This document shows positions 21,989 through 31,981 of a stretch of DNA of 64,000 nt, piece by piece; the stretch's first letter is position 1, and each line of letters begins with the position of its first letter. A program made the position numbers and the translations under genes. A model generated the notes under the pieces. That model did no database searches and had not been told where the DNA came from. It saw only the letters and a program-made list of their open reading frames with translations. Origin of the DNA: an uncultured Bacteroidales bacterium (GTDB taxonomy: Bacteria; Hydrothermota; 32-111); assembly GCA_964544145.1 (NCBI GenBank), contig CAZJAT010000009.1:5001-69000 (forward strand), given 5' to 3'.

Positions 21989-23483
21989 TCCTGTTATTAC
22001 CATTATTCTGCTTTTCCTGCTTGGATTCCTTGCTCCTCTTCTATTTAAGAAAGCAGAGAGATTATACAAGGCTATCATACTTCTTGTTTTTCTATTTAAT
22101 ATAACTGAATTTATTATAATAATTCCTTCAGTAATACAGACACCTGTACAGGTATTTATGAGTAATATAATTGCCCCTTTCGGCATAATGATAACATTCG
22201 GACTCTCCGGTTCCATCTTAGCATTGATGATCAATCTCATTGCCTTTGCAATTGTATTATTCAAATTGAATTCTGCACATAATTCTGACAATCCGACAGT
22301 ATTTTACACTGTATTTCCTATATTGATAGGAGCACTTATATCACTGTTGAATACACAGGACATATTCAATATGTTTGTCTTTGTGGAAATTGTCACAATT
22401 AGTGTATATATCCTGTCCGGACTGAAACAGACACAAACAAGTGATATATCAACACTGAAATTTATAACAGGTACCTCACTGGGTTCATTACTCATATTAA
22501 TTGGTATTGGTGGGATTTACGCATTGACAGGAACTCTTAATATTCCTCATATAGTAGCAATGATTAATGGATATGCAACATTCAATCTGCACCTTTTCAA
22601 TATATCGGTTCTTATGATTCTGATTGGACTTATGTTTGAAGCATATATCTTCCCATTCAATATATTTGTTATTGGTATTTATCGCTCATCACAGACATTA
22701 AATGGTGCAATATATTCGGGACTCATTCAGTCAGTAATTCTTTTTGTTACTGTTAAATTAATATATTTCCTAATCAATAATCCCGTCTTTCTAAATATTA
22801 TCATTATTGCTGGTATTGTAACGATTGGCGTTTCACAATTTTCTGCTTTTGCATCAAAGAATAAAAAGAGTATGCTTGCATTTTCATCATTCTCTGTTTC
22901 CGGATTATTGATATCACTCACAGCTATAGCAGTAAAATCTGGAATGAAGAATGAGATATTCACACTTATAATAATGATGATTATTATTCATGGAGTAAGT
23001 AAATTCATAATGTTTATGGCATCTGACAGGTTTGTTGATGAAAAGGGTTATATTTTGAAAGGAAAAGCCGCTGGTCCATTCTCATTATTGGCATTTATAG
23101 CCGGTGCACTGACACTTTCAGGACTGCCTCCATTCCCGGGTTTCTATATTAAATTCAGAATACTGACAGAATTGTTAAGAATGAATTATGGTTGGATGAT
23201 AATAGTTATCCTTATATCAGCTCTCCTGGAAATCATATATTTACTCAAGACAGCAAGGGAGTTTTCTCTGCACAATGCCGCAGAGGAAGGTGAACCCGTG
23301 TTCTCAATGCTGCCCAGTATATTAACCCTTATAATCATACTTCTTTTTACAGTCAATGCGGATTATATGTACAGGGCGTCAAACAATCTTGATTTTACTG
23401 AAGAGATGCAGCAATCAGTGAGCATTGTTAAAAATAATATTGCAGATGAAGGTTCAATCTCCGTGAACCCAAATAAGGAGTAA
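21981..23483 (+). CDS. Proton-translocating antiporter-like subunit (MnhD/MbxH, NuoN-like)
   Basis: DIFNMFVFVEI and GLPPFPGFYIK; many TM helices. ATG at 21981 has a GGAGGT RBS. Confidence 0.88.
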   Translation: MINPVITIILLFLLGFLAPLLFKKAERLYKAIILLVFLFNITEFIIIIPSVIQTPVQVFMSNIIAPFGIMITFGLSGSILALMINLIAFAIVLFKLNSAHNSDNPTVFYTVFPILIGALISLLNTQDIFNMFVFVEIVTISVYILSGLKQTQTSDISTLKFITGTSLGSLLILIGIGGIYALTGTLNIPHIVAMINGYATFNLHLFNISVLMILIGLMFEAYIFPFNIFVIGIYRSSQTLNGAIYSGLIQSVILFVTVKLIYFLINNPVFLNIIIIAGIVTIGVSQFSAFASKNKKSMLAFSSFSVSGLLISLTAIAVKSGMKNEIFTLIIMMIIIHGVSKFIMFMASDRFVDEKGYILKGKAAGPFSLLAFIAGALTLSGLPPFPGFYIKFRILTELLRMNYGWMIIVILISALLEIIYLLKTAREFSLHNAAEEGEPVFSMLPSILTLIIILLFTVNADYMYRASNNLDFTEEMQQSVSIVKNNIADEGSISVNPNKE

Positions 23484-23485
23484 TA

Positions 23486-25351
23486 ATGGCGAATGTACTG
23501 TATTTTTATGCAATGATAATGAGCATAACCCTGATATATATTATTGGAGATATTTCAAAGATATTAAGAAACATACTTGCAGTATTTGTGTTCATATACT
23601 CCTTGATAAGTACTGTGTTACTTACAGAAAGCGGTTTTTCTATACCTGTAATGCAGTCAATGAATATAAATATGTCATTCTCAAGTTCAGGGATTGGTTC
23701 TTTCTTTGTAATACTCAATCATATAGCTTTCGGTATTATTTTGGTGAATATACTTAATAATATGAAAACTAAAATGGATAATGGATTCTTTTTTATGATG
23801 TTTCTCATATTCTATCTTTCCACTCTGATGTTCATGTCAAGCAATCTATTCACATTCTTCATAATGTGGGAATTTATCTCTGTTTTAATATATCTAAACA
23901 CAGGTATTCTTAGCGTCAAGAAATCAGCAGGGCTTAAATATCTTTCAATGAATGCAGCAGGCGGACTATTGCTCCTTGCAGCTGTTGCACTTATATATAA
24001 TTATACAGGTAGTCTTGATTTCAGCAGATTATCATCTCTGTACTATCTTATACCTTATAATTCAGCACGCTTGATTGTATTATTATTTACATCTGCTATG
24101 CTCATAAAATCAGCTTTTTGGGGACTTCATACATGGGTTAATGATGCATATATGGAATCCAATACCGGATTTACCGCATATCTATCGGCAATACTTTCTA
24201 AAATGGGGATATTCGGCCTCATTGTACTATATTTCAGAGTTTTCCCCTATGATTATATTATAGGTTTATTCACATTCAGCAATATCAGCTTTTTTACACT
24301 ATTCTTTGCAATAGGTGGTTCACTGACTGCATTATTTGCTACTATTGTAGCAGTAAAACAGCAAAATATAAAAAGTGTACTTACTTATTCTTCAGTTGCC
24401 CAGATCGGTTATATACTTGCTTCATTCGGATTGGGCTACAGTTGGGCATTGATATCTGTAATGACAGTAGTAACCGTTCATATGCTTGTAAAAACCTCAC
24501 TCTTTACTGATCTCTTCTTTATAGAGTATAAAACAGGAAGCACTGATGCAGGGAAATTGGGTGGACTCATCAAAGTAATACCATTCACATTCATTTCAAC
24601 GCTTATATCTATCATTGCATTAGCCGGGATTGTACCACTTATGGGATTTTCCGCCAAATGGATATATTATGGGAATATGTTCATTTCCGGACATTACATT
24701 CCGCTGACAATATCGCTTCTCGCTTCAACAATAGCATTCCTGTACTGTTATAAAATACTCTCAACCGTTTTTCTAGGTCAGCTTTCAGACAGAAATGCTC
24801 CTATAAGATATTTTAATTCATTTGGTGATTATGCAGTAACAATCGTTAACATGATTATACCTGCAGGCCTTGTGTTTTTTGGTATATATCCGTATCCGTT
24901 TTTCAATTTTATGCTGGCCAGGTTAAATGAACTTGTGCCTTCACCCAATATACTCATATCCGGTAATTTTATTGAATCATCAATTGGTTATTGGAATCCA
25001 TTATGGATCGGTTCGGCTGTAATAATCACATTTATTTCAATGCTTGCTATATTCATTATTTTCTTCAAGAAATCAGCAAGGGTATCGCAGACAGATATTG
25101 CAATGTCTGCCGAAATAATCAACAGAAATACCCCTCTCCACTATGTTTCCAATTTTTATGACGGTTTCATTGATGCTGTTAATCCGATACTCAAAATAAA
25201 TTCTGAACGCTTTTACAGGACTATATATACTGCCATATCGGATACAGGCGACCTGCTTAAGCGTGTGCATTTCAATAGTCTTACAAGTAAGAACATGATG
25301 ATAGGACTTTTGCTGCTTATATTAATTATCTATTTATGGAGTGCCGTATGA
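23486..25351 (+). CDS. Second antiporter-like subunit (MbxH', NuoL/M-like)
   Basis: FIMWEF, IKSAFWGLHTWVNDAY, LTYSSVAQIGY, AGIVPLMGFSAKW. Confidence 0.88.
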   Translation: MANVLYFYAMIMSITLIYIIGDISKILRNILAVFVFIYSLISTVLLTESGFSIPVMQSMNINMSFSSSGIGSFFVILNHIAFGIILVNILNNMKTKMDNGFFFMMFLIFYLSTLMFMSSNLFTFFIMWEFISVLIYLNTGILSVKKSAGLKYLSMNAAGGLLLLAAVALIYNYTGSLDFSRLSSLYYLIPYNSARLIVLLFTSAMLIKSAFWGLHTWVNDAYMESNTGFTAYLSAILSKMGIFGLIVLYFRVFPYDYIIGLFTFSNISFFTLFFAIGGSLTALFATIVAVKQQNIKSVLTYSSVAQIGYILASFGLGYSWALISVMTVVTVHMLVKTSLFTDLFFIEYKTGSTDAGKLGGLIKVIPFTFISTLISIIALAGIVPLMGFSAKWIYYGNMFISGHYIPLTISLLASTIAFLYCYKILSTVFLGQLSDRNAPIRYFNSFGDYAVTIVNMIIPAGLVFFGIYPYPFFNFMLARLNELVPSPNILISGNFIESSIGYWNPLWIGSAVIITFISMLAIFIIFFKKSARVSQTDIAMSAEIINRNTPLHYVSNFYDGFIDAVNPILKINSERFYRTIYTAISDTGDLLKRVHFNSLTSKNMMIGLLLLILIIYLWSAV

Positions 25352-26244
25352 ATATTCTATTGACAATAATTGGAATACTGTGTGTATATCTCTATGGTCT
25401 CTTTCTCATGGGATTAGGCCGGAAGATCAGTGCACGCGTGCAATTGAGATATGGTCCGACTGTATTCCAGAATTATATTGATGTAATAAAACTCTGGACA
25501 AAGAAATCAAATATATCTCATGGTGTAATGTTTGATCTCGGTCCCGCATTTCTGCTTACTGGTTCAATAGGGACATTACTTCTTATACCAATAGCAGCAT
25601 CCGATAAATTGATATTCTTCGGATTTTCAGGCGATATATTTGTAATTATGTATCTAATGGTTTTTGGTTCATTGGGATTTGCACTGGCAACAAGTCAGGG
25701 TGCCAATCCGTACGGTATTATGGGTATTGCTCGCGCATTAACACTTCTTGGAGCTTATGAATTACCCTTTATTTTAGGTGTTGTTATACTTATGATGGAT
25801 TCCAATTCCGCATCTCTTGCTAATATAATCAGCTCTCAATCCGGAGGTATAGCAAATTGGTATATCTTCAGACAACCGCTAGCTGCAATACCGGCATTTA
25901 TAGCTCTTTTGGGCATGATGGGCAAACAGCCCTTTGATATTCCTATTGCACCGCAGGAAGTTGCAACAGGACCTATGACTGAATTCGGAGGCAAATATCT
26001 TGGCATGATGATGTCCAGTCATGCAATATTCATGGTTGCAAAATTCATTTTGTTTGCTGATCTGTTTCTGGGGGGAGCAAGCAATCCTCTTAATATGGCT
26101 TTCAAGGTATTTTTGATATGGTTGTATCCGCTTTTTGTAGGACTCGTTTATCCCAGATTTACAACATCACAGGCAGTTAAATTTTTCTGGGGTGTGCCTT
26201 CATTGATCGGATTGATAGGATTAATCTATAACTGGTTGAGGTAA
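25348..26244 (+). CDS. NuoH-like membrane subunit (MbxM)
   Basis: RKISARVQLRYGP and PFDIPIAPQEVATGPMTEFGG. Confidence 0.9.
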   Translation: MNILLTIIGILCVYLYGLFLMGLGRKISARVQLRYGPTVFQNYIDVIKLWTKKSNISHGVMFDLGPAFLLTGSIGTLLLIPIAASDKLIFFGFSGDIFVIMYLMVFGSLGFALATSQGANPYGIMGIARALTLLGAYELPFILGVVILMMDSNSASLANIISSQSGGIANWYIFRQPLAAIPAFIALLGMMGKQPFDIPIAPQEVATGPMTEFGGKYLGMMMSSHAIFMVAKFILFADLFLGGASNPLNMAFKVFLIWLYPLFVGLVYPRFTTSQAVKFFWGVPSLIGLIGLIYNWLR

Positions 26245-26246
26245 AA

Positions 26247-26786
26247 ATGGCGGATAGTAAAAGAAATATATTTCAAATAATTGATGACTGGGCAAATGCC
26301 CGTTCAATATGGCTTCTAATGTACTGCACAGGATGCGGTGCTATTGAATTGCCTCCTACAATGACATCAAGGTATGACATGGAGAGATTCGGTATAGGAC
26401 CGGCAGGCACACCAAGACAGGCAGATGTGCTCCTTATTACCGGATACCTGTCAATTAAGACATTGAAGCGTGTAATTAGAGCATATGAACAGATGCAGTC
26501 CCCGAAATATGTAATCGGGTTAGGTGCATGCACAATCAATGGCGGAATGTACTGGGATTCTTACAATACAATAAAAATGCTTGATATGTATCTACCTGTT
26601 GATGTATGGATTGCAGGATGCATGCCCAGACCGGAAAGCGTTATATCAGGACTCAATCATCTTTCCTCAATGATAAAGGAAGGACGAGCAGATGGATGGA
26701 AGAAATATCAGGAAAATCTTAAATGGTACAGATCCAATCAGAAGAAGGTTATCAGTAAATGGGATCTGCCCGAATACAGTTACTGA
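26247..26786 (+). CDS. NuoB-like Fe-S subunit (MbxJ)
   Basis: YCTGCGAIE, PRQADVLLITG, GACTINGG, IAGCMPRPE. Confidence 0.92.
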   Translation: MADSKRNIFQIIDDWANARSIWLLMYCTGCGAIELPPTMTSRYDMERFGIGPAGTPRQADVLLITGYLSIKTLKRVIRAYEQMQSPKYVIGLGACTINGGMYWDSYNTIKMLDMYLPVDVWIAGCMPRPESVISGLNHLSSMIKEGRADGWKKYQENLKWYRSNQKKVISKWDLPEYSY

Positions 26787-26794
26787 GGTGAACA

Positions 26795-27355
26795 ATGGAT
26801 GAAAACAGAGAATTAAATGACCTTTTAAAGAGATTTTCAAAGACATTTGCACCTGATAATTACAGTTTCAATGACAAAAATACACTATCAATCAAAATGT
26901 CATTAAATGAATTATTCAATGCAATTGAGTATCTTTATGAATATGAAAGATATAGGCATATGTCAATGATGAGTTATGCTGACAGATTGGAAAATAATTC
27001 AATAGAATTGTTTTATATTCTGTATTCATATGAGAATTACTGCACAATAATACTTTCAGCAGATTTGAACAGGGAAAAACCAATATTTGTAACACTTAAA
27101 CATATCTTTCCGCAAGCAGAGACATTTGAGATTGAATTCAATGAAATGATGGGAATAGAATTCAAAGGAAACAGCAGAATGGGCGAAGAATTTATACTTG
27201 AAGGATGGACTGACAAGCCGCCTATGAGACGGGACTTTGATACATTAGAATATGTCAATGATAATTATATGTTCCGTTCAGGCAGGGAAGATGCGGTAGA
27301 TGTAAGAGAGCATATAAAGGTTATGTTTGATGAAAAAGGAGGACTGGATGACTGA
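26795..27355 (+). CDS. NuoC-like subunit (MbxK)
   Basis: EIEFNEMMGIEFKGN and PPMRRDFD. Confidence 0.9.
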   Translation: MDENRELNDLLKRFSKTFAPDNYSFNDKNTLSIKMSLNELFNAIEYLYEYERYRHMSMMSYADRLENNSIELFYILYSYENYCTIILSADLNREKPIFVTLKHIFPQAETFEIEFNEMMGIEFKGNSRMGEEFILEGWTDKPPMRRDFDTLEYVNDNYMFRSGREDAVDVREHIKVMFDEKGGLDD

Positions 27356-28457
27356 AAATAAAACAGTTAAAATATATTTCGGTCCTCAGCATCCCGGGAT
27401 AACGGGTAATATGATGATGGAATTTGATATGCTCGGCGAAACAATAGTAAAAGCCAAGACACATGTAGGTTATTTGCATAGAGCATTTGAAAAATTAATG
27501 GAGCGAAGAAATTATCTTCAGAACTTCACAATTGTCTGCCGTATATGTGTACCGGAACCAGATGTTAATGAACAGGCATATTCAATGGCTGTTGAACAGC
27601 TAGCCGGCATTGAAGTACCTCTTAGGGCAAAATATATCCGTGTAATTGTAATGGAAATGGCCCGATTGATATCATATATTATGTGGAGCGGGGGCCAGGC
27701 TGCTTCAATGGGTTTATATACAATGCCCCAATGGTCATTTGCAGATAGGGATTATCTCATAGACCTGTTTGAAGAATTATCAGGGGCACGCATTTATCAC
27801 ATGTATATATGGCCAGGTGGAGTTAGAAGGGATTTACCGGCAAAGTGGTCTGATAAATTGCTTTCCACTCTGGATTATATTGAGAAAAGGCTGATTGACT
27901 ATGATAAGATATTCTTTGAAAATGACATATTCTTCAAAAGATCCAAGGGAGTGGGGATTGTGGAGCCGGAACTAGCACGAGAAAGGGGATTGGCAGGACC
28001 TGTACTCAGAGCATGCGGAATATCCGAGGATGTGCGTATCAATAACCCTTATGAGGTATATAATAAACTTAATGTTAGTCCTATAACAGAAAACGGCGGA
28101 GATATATATGCAAGAGCAATGGTTAGACGCAGAGAAATGGACCAATCAATAAGCATTATAAGACAGGCATTAAATGATATGCCATCAGGACCATTTTATA
28201 AACGTCCATTTGATAATCCATTTAAATTTACCATAGAATCTAATCAGACATATCAGAAGATTGAATCAGCAAGAGGAGAATACGGATATTTCGTAGTTTC
28301 TGATGGTACTGATAAACCTAGAAGAGTACATGTCAGAGGTCCTGGATTTGTTCATGCATTCACATTGCTTGAGAACCTTTTAATTGGAAATAAACTTGCG
28401 GATGTACCGGTGATAATGACCAGTCTTGGTATTTGTCCGCCTGAAATAGAGAGGTGA
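27348..28457 (+). CDS. NuoD-like catalytic subunit (MbxL/MbsL type)
   Basis: FGPQHPG, GYLHRAFEK, CRICVPEPD, ESARGEYG, C-terminal SLGICPPEIER (no CxxC). Confidence 0.9.
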   Translation: MTENKTVKIYFGPQHPGITGNMMMEFDMLGETIVKAKTHVGYLHRAFEKLMERRNYLQNFTIVCRICVPEPDVNEQAYSMAVEQLAGIEVPLRAKYIRVIVMEMARLISYIMWSGGQAASMGLYTMPQWSFADRDYLIDLFEELSGARIYHMYIWPGGVRRDLPAKWSDKLLSTLDYIEKRLIDYDKIFFENDIFFKRSKGVGIVEPELARERGLAGPVLRACGISEDVRINNPYEVYNKLNVSPITENGGDIYARAMVRRREMDQSISIIRQALNDMPSGPFYKRPFDNPFKFTIESNQTYQKIESARGEYGYFVVSDGTDKPRRVHVRGPGFVHAFTLLENLLIGNKLADVPVIMTSLGICPPEIER

Positions 28458-28460
28458 CAA

Positions 28461-30224
28461 TTGGGAATTAAAAATATTGTAAATCCATTATTGCAGCTGA
28501 AATTTATTCTGAGAAAGAGAAATACAATCAGAATTCCTTTTGATGAAAAATTGCCTGCTGAGAGATACAGGGGTTCTCATTACAATGATGTAAATAAATG
28601 TATAGGCTGCGGCAATTGTTCGACTATATGTATGAATAATGCAATTGATATGATTAAAATTGATAATATTGAATCAAAGGAACAGGACAGCGGACTTAGA
28701 CCAAGGGTTGATTATGGAAGATGCTGTTATTGCGGATTATGCGTTGATATATGTCCGACTGGCTCATTGAATTTTTCAAATGAATATATACAGATCGAAG
28801 AATCTCCTGATACATTTGTATACACACCCGGTTTAGAGAGAAAACATCTAGCTGAGAAAATTTCCTATACACAGGATGTGAGCACCAAGCTGCAGAATCC
28901 TTTGCGCATTGAGATGAATCATCTTGAACCGGATAAACGCATAAAATCCTTTGCAGAAGAAGTGCTTGGCTACACAATGGAAGAAGCCAGACAGGAAGCA
29001 CAGAGATGTATGGAATGCGGTATATGTGTTGTAGGATGTCCTGATAGGATGCATATACCCGAATATATTAGGGAGATATCGCAAGGTGATAATGTATCTG
29101 CATTAAAATTGATGCTTGATAATAATCCCATGTCTGAGATATGCGGTAAGGTATGTACAAGGCATTGTGAGGATATGTGTGTTGCTGCTGTTGACGGTGA
29201 ATCAGTTGCTATAAGGTGGCTTAAGAGATACGCATCCGAACAATTAACAAAACATCTGAATGAATTGAATATTACACCCGCTCCCGACAATAATAAAAAA
29301 ATCGCTGTTGTTGGAGGCGGACCTTCCGGAATAACGGCTGCTTATTATTTAAGGCTTCGCGGATATGATGTAACATTATATGAGGAATTGGACCATTTGG
29401 GAGGCATGGCGTATGTGGGTATTCCAAGATACAGATTACCCATGGAATCCCTGGAAAGGCAGAAAGAACTCCTTGCTCATGTAGGAGTTAAATTCAAATT
29501 TTCTACACGTATTGGTGATAATATTAAAATGAAACAATTAAGGGAAGATTATGAAGCTGTTTTCCTCGGCATCGGACTCCACAAATCGCGCAAATTGAAG
29601 GTTGAAGGCGAAGATCTGCCTGGTATATATCAGGCATCCGATTTCTTAAGGAAGATAAATTTGGGAGAAAAGATAGAAGTCGGGGATAGAGTCATTGTTA
29701 TTGGAGGAGGCAATGTTGCTATAGATGCTGCACGGGTATCCAGACGTTTAGGCGCTGAAGTATCTATTTACTACAGGAGACGCCATATTGACATGCCTGC
29801 TGATAATGAAGAAATTGCAGATACTGAGGCAGAAGGCATTACTATTATTCCGCAGCGGATTCCAATGAAATTTGAATATGAATTGAAGGAAAAATCCTTT
29901 AAATATTACTGCGCACCGGCAAAAATGGTTGATGACCCCGAGAGAGGCAGGCCTAAACCCGTTATGATAGAAGGCGAATTGCACTGTATAGAAGATATTG
30001 ATACCATAATCGTTGCAATAGGACAGGAAGCAGACATATCAGCCTTCTCAGAGGTGAACATATTCAACAAATGGGGTAAAATCGATACTGATGAAGATGG
30101 AATGACATCCGAAAGCGGTATATTTGCAGGAGGTGATACAGTGAACAGCAAAAATGATTTAATATCTGCAGTGGCTGATGGAATAAAGGCAGCAAGAGGT
30201 ATAGACAAATTCCTGAAAAAATAA
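28461..30224 (+). CDS. NuoI/MbxN 2x[4Fe-4S] domain fused to a GltD/NfnB-like FAD-dependent NAD(P)H oxidoreductase
   Basis: CIGCGNCSTIC, CCYCGLCVDICP, RCMECGICVVGCP, GGGPSG, GGGNVAIDAAR, YRR, FAGGD. Confidence 0.9.
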   Translation: MGIKNIVNPLLQLKFILRKRNTIRIPFDEKLPAERYRGSHYNDVNKCIGCGNCSTICMNNAIDMIKIDNIESKEQDSGLRPRVDYGRCCYCGLCVDICPTGSLNFSNEYIQIEESPDTFVYTPGLERKHLAEKISYTQDVSTKLQNPLRIEMNHLEPDKRIKSFAEEVLGYTMEEARQEAQRCMECGICVVGCPDRMHIPEYIREISQGDNVSALKLMLDNNPMSEICGKVCTRHCEDMCVAAVDGESVAIRWLKRYASEQLTKHLNELNITPAPDNNKKIAVVGGGPSGITAAYYLRLRGYDVTLYEELDHLGGMAYVGIPRYRLPMESLERQKELLAHVGVKFKFSTRIGDNIKMKQLREDYEAVFLGIGLHKSRKLKVEGEDLPGIYQASDFLRKINLGEKIEVGDRVIVIGGGNVAIDAARVSRRLGAEVSIYYRRRHIDMPADNEEIADTEAEGITIIPQRIPMKFEYELKEKSFKYYCAPAKMVDDPERGRPKPVMIEGELHCIEDIDTIIVAIGQEADISAFSEVNIFNKWGKIDTDEDGMTSESGIFAGGDTVNSKNDLISAVADGIKAARGIDKFLKK

Positions 30225-30877
30225 AAAAACAATTAGAGAAGATAGCAATATCTGAATCAACATTACAGAGGATATCAGACTATCTCTGTGTTTTAAGATA
30301 CCTTGAAGACCAAGGTGTGAACACTGTTTCTTCAGCTATTCTTTCAAAAATGATGAATGTAACGGATTCACAAATAAGGAAGGATCTGTCGTATTTCGGT
30401 TCATTTGGAAAACGCGGTGTTGGATATAATGTTCATGCATTCATTGAAGCAATTGAAAATATCATGAACCTCAATCAGAAACATAATGTATGCATAATCG
30501 GTGCAGGCAGATTAGGCACTGCACTTATGAATTACAAACGCATGCAGGGAATGCCCTTCAAGGTCTGCGCTGCATTTGATAATGACAAACGTCTCATAGG
30601 ACAAAAATCAAATGATGTGCGGATATATGATATTAAATATCTATCAAAGTATACTGAACAATTTCAATGCGAGATTGCTGTGCTCACTATACCTTCATAT
30701 GTTGTTCACGAAATATATGCAGCAGTTTCAAAAACAAAGATAAAAGCAATCCTTAATTTCACTCCCATTATTTTAACCGGAACAAATGATCTGTTAGTGA
30801 GAAATCTTGATTTTGTAAGTGAACTTAAGATTATATCATACCACCTAAAGGAGAATAAGAATGCTCATAAAGGTTAA
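30209..30877 (+). CDS. rex: Redox-sensing transcriptional repressor Rex (start codon uncertain, probably non-canonical)
   Basis: QIRKDLSYFGSFGKRGVGY and IIGAGRLG. The N-terminal helix ISESTLQRISDYLCVLRYL is encoded in frame upstream of GTG 30317. Confidence 0.9.
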   Translation: MPEKIKKQLEKIAISESTLQRISDYLCVLRYLEDQGVNTVSSAILSKMMNVTDSQIRKDLSYFGSFGKRGVGYNVHAFIEAIENIMNLNQKHNVCIIGAGRLGTALMNYKRMQGMPFKVCAAFDNDKRLIGQKSNDVRIYDIKYLSKYTEQFQCEIAVLTIPSYVVHEIYAAVSKTKIKAILNFTPIILTGTNDLLVRNLDFVSELKIISYHLKENKNAHKG

Positions 30878-31376
30878 AAATCATGAACCTCAAAAACCAT
30901 TCTATCATTCAGAGGATGCTGACTTGATAGGAGATGTGCGTGTCGGCGATTATGTTTCAATATGGTTCAAGACAGTTCTGCGGGCTGATATTAATTATAT
31001 TAAAATTGGGAATTATTCAAATATACAGGATACATCAGTAGCACATGTAACAGAAGAATTGCCAGTAATATTGGGTGATTATGTAACTGTCGGTCATAAT
31101 GTAATCATGCACGGATGCAATGTTTCAGATTATGTACTGCTTGGCATGGGGTCAATTATTCTCGATAATGCCAAGATAGGAAAGGGATGTATAATCGCTG
31201 CTGGTGCTGTTATAAAGGAAAACACAGTAGTTCCTGATTTTTCACTTGTAGCCGGTATTCCGGGCACAGTTAAAAAAACATTAGATACTTCTGTTATTGA
31301 ACAGCTGAAAAAACATGCATTATCATACGTTGATTATGCAAAACAGATGAAATCTGACAGCATCGTGAGTGGTTGA
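30861..31376 (+). CDS. Gamma-carbonic anhydrase family hexapeptide-repeat protein
   Basis: LRADINYIKIGNYSNIQD and VTVGHNVIMHGC. Confidence 0.9.
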   Translation: MLIKVKNHEPQKPFYHSEDADLIGDVRVGDYVSIWFKTVLRADINYIKIGNYSNIQDTSVAHVTEELPVILGDYVTVGHNVIMHGCNVSDYVLLGMGSIILDNAKIGKGCIIAAGAVIKENTVVPDFSLVAGIPGTVKKTLDTSVIEQLKKHALSYVDYAKQMKSDSIVSG

Positions 31377-31400
31377 CTGTAACAATTTTCATGTTATTAT
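31373..31400 (+). promoter_or_regulatory. sigma70 promoter with extended -10
   Basis: TTGACT (31373-78), 16 nt, TATTAT (31395-400), with TG at 31392-93. Confidence 0.55.
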
Positions 31401-31406
31401 AAAAAT

Positions 31407-31979
31407 ATGAAAAAATTTATTATTAATATTGTAATTATATTACTGATATTCAGTAATTGCACATTATTCCGTAGAACTCCCCAATCTTTGAATTCATTTG
31501 TTTCACGAACAGAAAATTACAGCGAACTGAGATATATCATTCAATCAGATGCAATAAGCAGATTAGACTGCGCATATCTGTTTGCAATGTATTTTCCTCA
31601 GCAGACAATGATTGAATACAGCAGTATTCCACTGGACCTGCGTGTTAAATTATATTCTAAAACTGCATATTCAACCGTAGTAAGAGGCATTATGCAGTTA
31701 TTTCCCGACAATACATTCAAACCTGATGAAAAGATTAGCAGATATCAATTGGCCATATTCTTTACCCGGTATATCACAATGGTTGATCCTTTTTTTGATA
31801 AAGGTATGAAGAATATAATTATAAAGGATGTTGACAGCAAATTCTTTGCATATAAACCGGTTAATACAGTTGTATCAAGAAACATTATGGAATTAGACAA
31901 TGGCCAATTCAAACCCTATGATTATGTTTCAGGCAATGAAGCTGTTGAATATTTCTACAGACTAAGCAGGTTTTACTGA
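31407..31979 (+). CDS. Lipoprotein with SLH-like domains
   Basis: Lipobox LLIFSNC; FPDNTFKPDEKISRYQLA and NGQFKPYDYVSGNEA resemble SLH repeats. Confidence 0.7.
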   Translation: MKKFIINIVIILLIFSNCTLFRRTPQSLNSFVSRTENYSELRYIIQSDAISRLDCAYLFAMYFPQQTMIEYSSIPLDLRVKLYSKTAYSTVVRGIMQLFPDNTFKPDEKISRYQLAIFFTRYITMVDPFFDKGMKNIIIKDVDSKFFAYKPVNTVVSRNIMELDNGQFKPYDYVSGNEAVEYFYRLSRFY

Positions 31980-31981
31980 GA

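Noticed and set aside
27348-28457. Group 4 [NiFe] hydrogenase large subunit
   Set aside because: The C-terminal CxxC is missing (CPPE), and no maturation genes are adjacent.
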